A DNA stretch of 64,000 nt from an uncultured candidate division WWE3 bacterium (GTDB lineage Bacteria > Patescibacteriota > WWE3 > UBA101185 > UBA10185): assembly GCA_903879985.1 (NCBI GenBank), contig CAIRNR010000004.1, positions 96,762 through 160,761 of the forward strand, given 5' to 3'. Under the pieces are notes generated by a model. The model saw only the letters and a list, made by a program, of their open reading frames with translations, was not told where the DNA came from and ran no database searches. Made by a program: the position numbers and the translations under genes. Positions 63,296-64,000 of the stretch are shown here, one piece after another; positions within the stretch are counted from its first letter, which is position 1, and each line of letters starts with the position of its first letter.

Positions 63296-63668
63296 AAAAT
63301 ATTTCACCAAGCACAGCTAACACAAGTGTTATATACATTAGTTTGGCAGGAAATTGAGTAAATTCTCTATAACCTAAAAACATTGCAATAGCGGAAATAC
63401 TTAAAAGTATTATTGAAATAAAATATAAATACTGTTTAAACAAAATTATGAGTAAGAAAATAATACCAACACAAAGTGAAATAATTGCCGTCGCATATAT
63501 CACCGATATCCCAGAATACCAGACAATTATAAAAATGTTCAGCAACGCCAATAATCTCGTAAGGTAAACAGTATTAAAATTTCTAAAGATAGCTTTACCG
63601 GACCTTAATACCAAAAGTATATATATTGCGACTTCGATAAATATAATAATAAATTTAGTTATTTCCAT
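63267..63668 (-). CDS. Small polytopic membrane protein
   Basis: Very hydrophobic 133-aa ORF. Confidence 0.6.
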   Translation of the reverse strand: MEITKFIIIFIEVAIYILLVLRSGKAIFRNFNTVYLTRLLALLNIFIIVWYSGISVIYATAIISLCVGIIFLLIILFKQYLYFISIILLSISAIAMFLGYREFTQFPAKLMYITLVLAVLGEIFYAKQRATKN

Positions 63669-63670
63669 AA

Positions 63671-64000
63671 TTATTTTATTAAATAAATTAATGCACCATT
63701 CTTACTTACAGGAATACCGTAATGTAAATTCAAATACATTGTTAAATCTTGTACTCGATTAATTGCAGCATTTTCAGCATGTACTTTACTCAATAGATCC
63801 GCTGAAATATTTCTCGGATAGTATACTAAAAGATTTATATTATGTTCCTTCAGAAACAGAGAATTGACATCGGCGTGGAATAACGAAGGAATTAATTGGT
63901 CCGGCTGCAATGCTAAATCTTTATTATAGTTGTCTACAGGATTATTAAGATTAACGTGAGAAACCCACCCCCAAAATATGGAATAATAGTCACCTTTTGG
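63671..64000 (-). CDS. C-terminal part of a CDS running off the window
   Basis: Frame is open from 64000 (PKGDYYSIFWGW...) to the stop at 63671. Confidence 0.6.
   Translation of the reverse strand, partial: PKGDYYSIFWGWVSHVNLNNPVDNYNKDLALQPDQLIPSLFHADVNSLFLKEHNINLLVYYPRNISADLLSKVHAENAAINRVQDLTMYLNLHYGIPVSKNGALIYLIK

Overview
AT-rich, gene-dense bacterial chromosome segment using the standard code (TAA, TAG and TGA all end genes). Many genes look leaderless, there are many orphan membrane or secreted proteins, and there are 8 intact tRNA genes. This fits a Patescibacteria/CPR genome (WWE3/Microgenomates-like; inference). Recognisable loci: csoR-HMA/cupredoxin-copA copper cluster, MacAB-like ABC exporter, undecaprenyl kinase/phosphatase plus GT-C, helD-like, rsmI, tgt, a short Rel, murA, rpmG, leuS, map, rarA, dinB and GT2 genes. 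Most notable: (1) a two-gene operon pairing an archaeal/eukaryotic-type Dph2 radical-SAM enzyme (all three Fe-S Cys motifs intact) with an atypical fold-type I PLP enzyme; (2) tRNA-associated elements: a leader hairpin mimicking the acceptor stem of the adjacent tRNA at two loci, a tRNA-Val nested inside halves of another tRNA-Val, and a 142-bp palindromic insert at tRNA-Arg; (3) three unrelated secreted proteins sharing a C-terminal 'TFKKDTRCL' FN3-like module; (4) a Cfr-like rRNA methyltransferase; (5) a shared TTCG-N direct-repeat box before rarA and the dinB operon. All calls come from reading motifs by eye; no database searches were run.
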